A stretch of DNA of 64,000 nucleotides from Bilabrum cf. latius (lineage: Eukaryota), in contig OZ237753.1 of NCBI GenBank assembly GCA_965178125.1, forward strand, positions 124,001-188,000, read 5' to 3'. Positions 62,799 through 64,000 of this stretch are shown here, one piece after another. Position numbers and translations under genes: made by a program. The notes under the pieces are model-generated. The model searched no databases. It worked only from the letters and a program-made list of their open reading frames with translations, and had not been told where the DNA came from. Numbering within the stretch: the stretch's first letter is position 1; each line of letters starts with the position of its first letter.

Positions 62799-64000
62799 TC
62801 ATGTTCCCAGTCTGATCCCCGCCTCCGTCACATGCCCAAACAGCAACTTGCCCAGTCCCAATCTGCACAGCACACACTTCCACCTCTCCGTCGGATCCAG
62901 CCTCCCCAGCAGCGACCCCATGGCAGGTATGGCACCTGCCTACCTCAGGACTACCACTAGCTCACTCTGGCCCGGAAACTCGTCCTGCTGCAGCCCGCGC
63001 GCCAAACCCAGCAGCAAGGCATCCGACTCCATCAGCACAGAAGTAACCTTCCCACCAGTTCGGAACAAGTGCTTCAGCGAGTAAAGAACCGCAAAGGCTG
63101 CGACCCCGTCGTTTCCAAGCAGAATTCGAGCCGTCTCATCTGCAAAGCCCTCCGCCGAAACCATAAGCTGCTTTACCTCTTCCGTGCCTTCCGCCATTGC
63201 GCGCAATGCGCGTCCCACAAACCCGAGGGTTTCGGGTGTCCCGACACCGAATGCCCTGGCCAGCCCCCTGACCAGCCCCTCCGTTGAGACCACGGATTTG
63301 GTGGCAGCCGCGAATGCCGCGTTGCTTATCAACATCACGCACACAGTCTTTGCGGCCGCAAATAGCGACTCCCCGTCCTTTTCCTAAAGCACCCGTGACA
63401 GACCGTCAAGTATTCCGGCTTCCAACAGCGCCGTCACCTCGTCCTCATCAGCATATATACACAGGTTGGCGGTGCTCCTTGCTGCAGACTCCAGCGCCTC
63501 GCCATCTTCCTCCCGAAGGACTCTCGCCAGGCCCTCCACCAAGCCTTTTGCAGATAAGAGGACCCTGCGTACCCCTGCGTCACAAGCAGTCATGGCGAAC
63601 ACCGCCCCGCAACCCCCCTCAAGCTCAGATCCACTGCCATCTTGGAGCACACGCGCGAGACCCCTAGGGATATCCGATGCAGCCAATACTGTCCCGTGTC
63701 CCGTGTCACTGTGGCAGATGTTCTATATCGTTCTGGTGACAAACTCTAGCGCCCGACCCTCCGAAATCATCACCCCTCTCTCCAGTCCCTTCAGTGCTTC
63801 CTTGTTCCTGACCATCCGTTCCCTGCCCTCGGGACTGCGCCCTGACATAGCATAGGCTGCAGCAGCTGCATCCTTAAACAGCTCGCCATCTGCCTCCCGC
63901 AACACGTGGGCCATACCATCGATCATCGCCGGGTCGCTCGCCGCCGCTCGGCAATCTCCACCATGCAGGCACATCTGGTACATTAGATCCAGTGAGACCT
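62799..64000 (-). CDS. Armadillo/HEAT-like repeat protein, 5' part outside the window; 3 in-frame TAG
   Basis: ORFs 63723-63983, 63384-63686 and 62940-63344 share one frame and are joined by TAGs. Recurrent GL..GLARVL.E.DGE helical repeats. The first TGA is at 62799; the 3' end is uncertain. Confidence 0.65.

Noticed and set aside
1-64000. Mass pseudogenisation or C-to-T hypermutation as the source of the in-frame stops
   Set aside because: It would also create TGA (from CGA/TGG), TAA (from CAA) and frameshifts. Only TAG occurs, including in housekeeping genes and at positions shared by both paralogs.
1-64000. A-to-I editing (UAG to Trp) or pyrrolysine decoding of UAG
   Set aside because: Paralog alignments place TAG opposite Gln rather than Trp or Lys. 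The contexts are hydrophilic, and no pyl genes are seen in the window.

Overview
GC-rich eukaryotic (protist) nuclear DNA with short GT-AG introns. Gene content (sestrin, SLC12 transporter, RNASEH2C, Nup88-like, nine-TM cadherin/IPT giants, an Ngaro-type retrotransposon) suggests a heterotrophic stramenopile such as a bicosoecid; this placement is inference. The key result is a non-standard nuclear genetic code: TAG is read as Gln while TAA and TGA remain stops. By manual count about 75-80 in-frame TAGs, and no in-frame TAA/TGA, interrupt otherwise intact genes. In two tandem paralogs, eight TAGs align with CAG/CAA Gln codons of the other copy. Re-translation merges the fragmented ORF track into 13 host genes, one entirely absent from the track and another shown only as a fragment. 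Two ~3830-aa tandem cadherin-IPT-9TM receptors have near-identical stalks but divergent N-terminal tips. Intron 1 of the second copy carries a young, internally deleted Ngaro-like tyrosine-recombinase retrotransposon (A1-RH/YR-B1-A2-B2) whose own ORFs also need TAG read as a sense codon. Several uncharacterised dispersed repeats and a 200-N assembly gap are also present.
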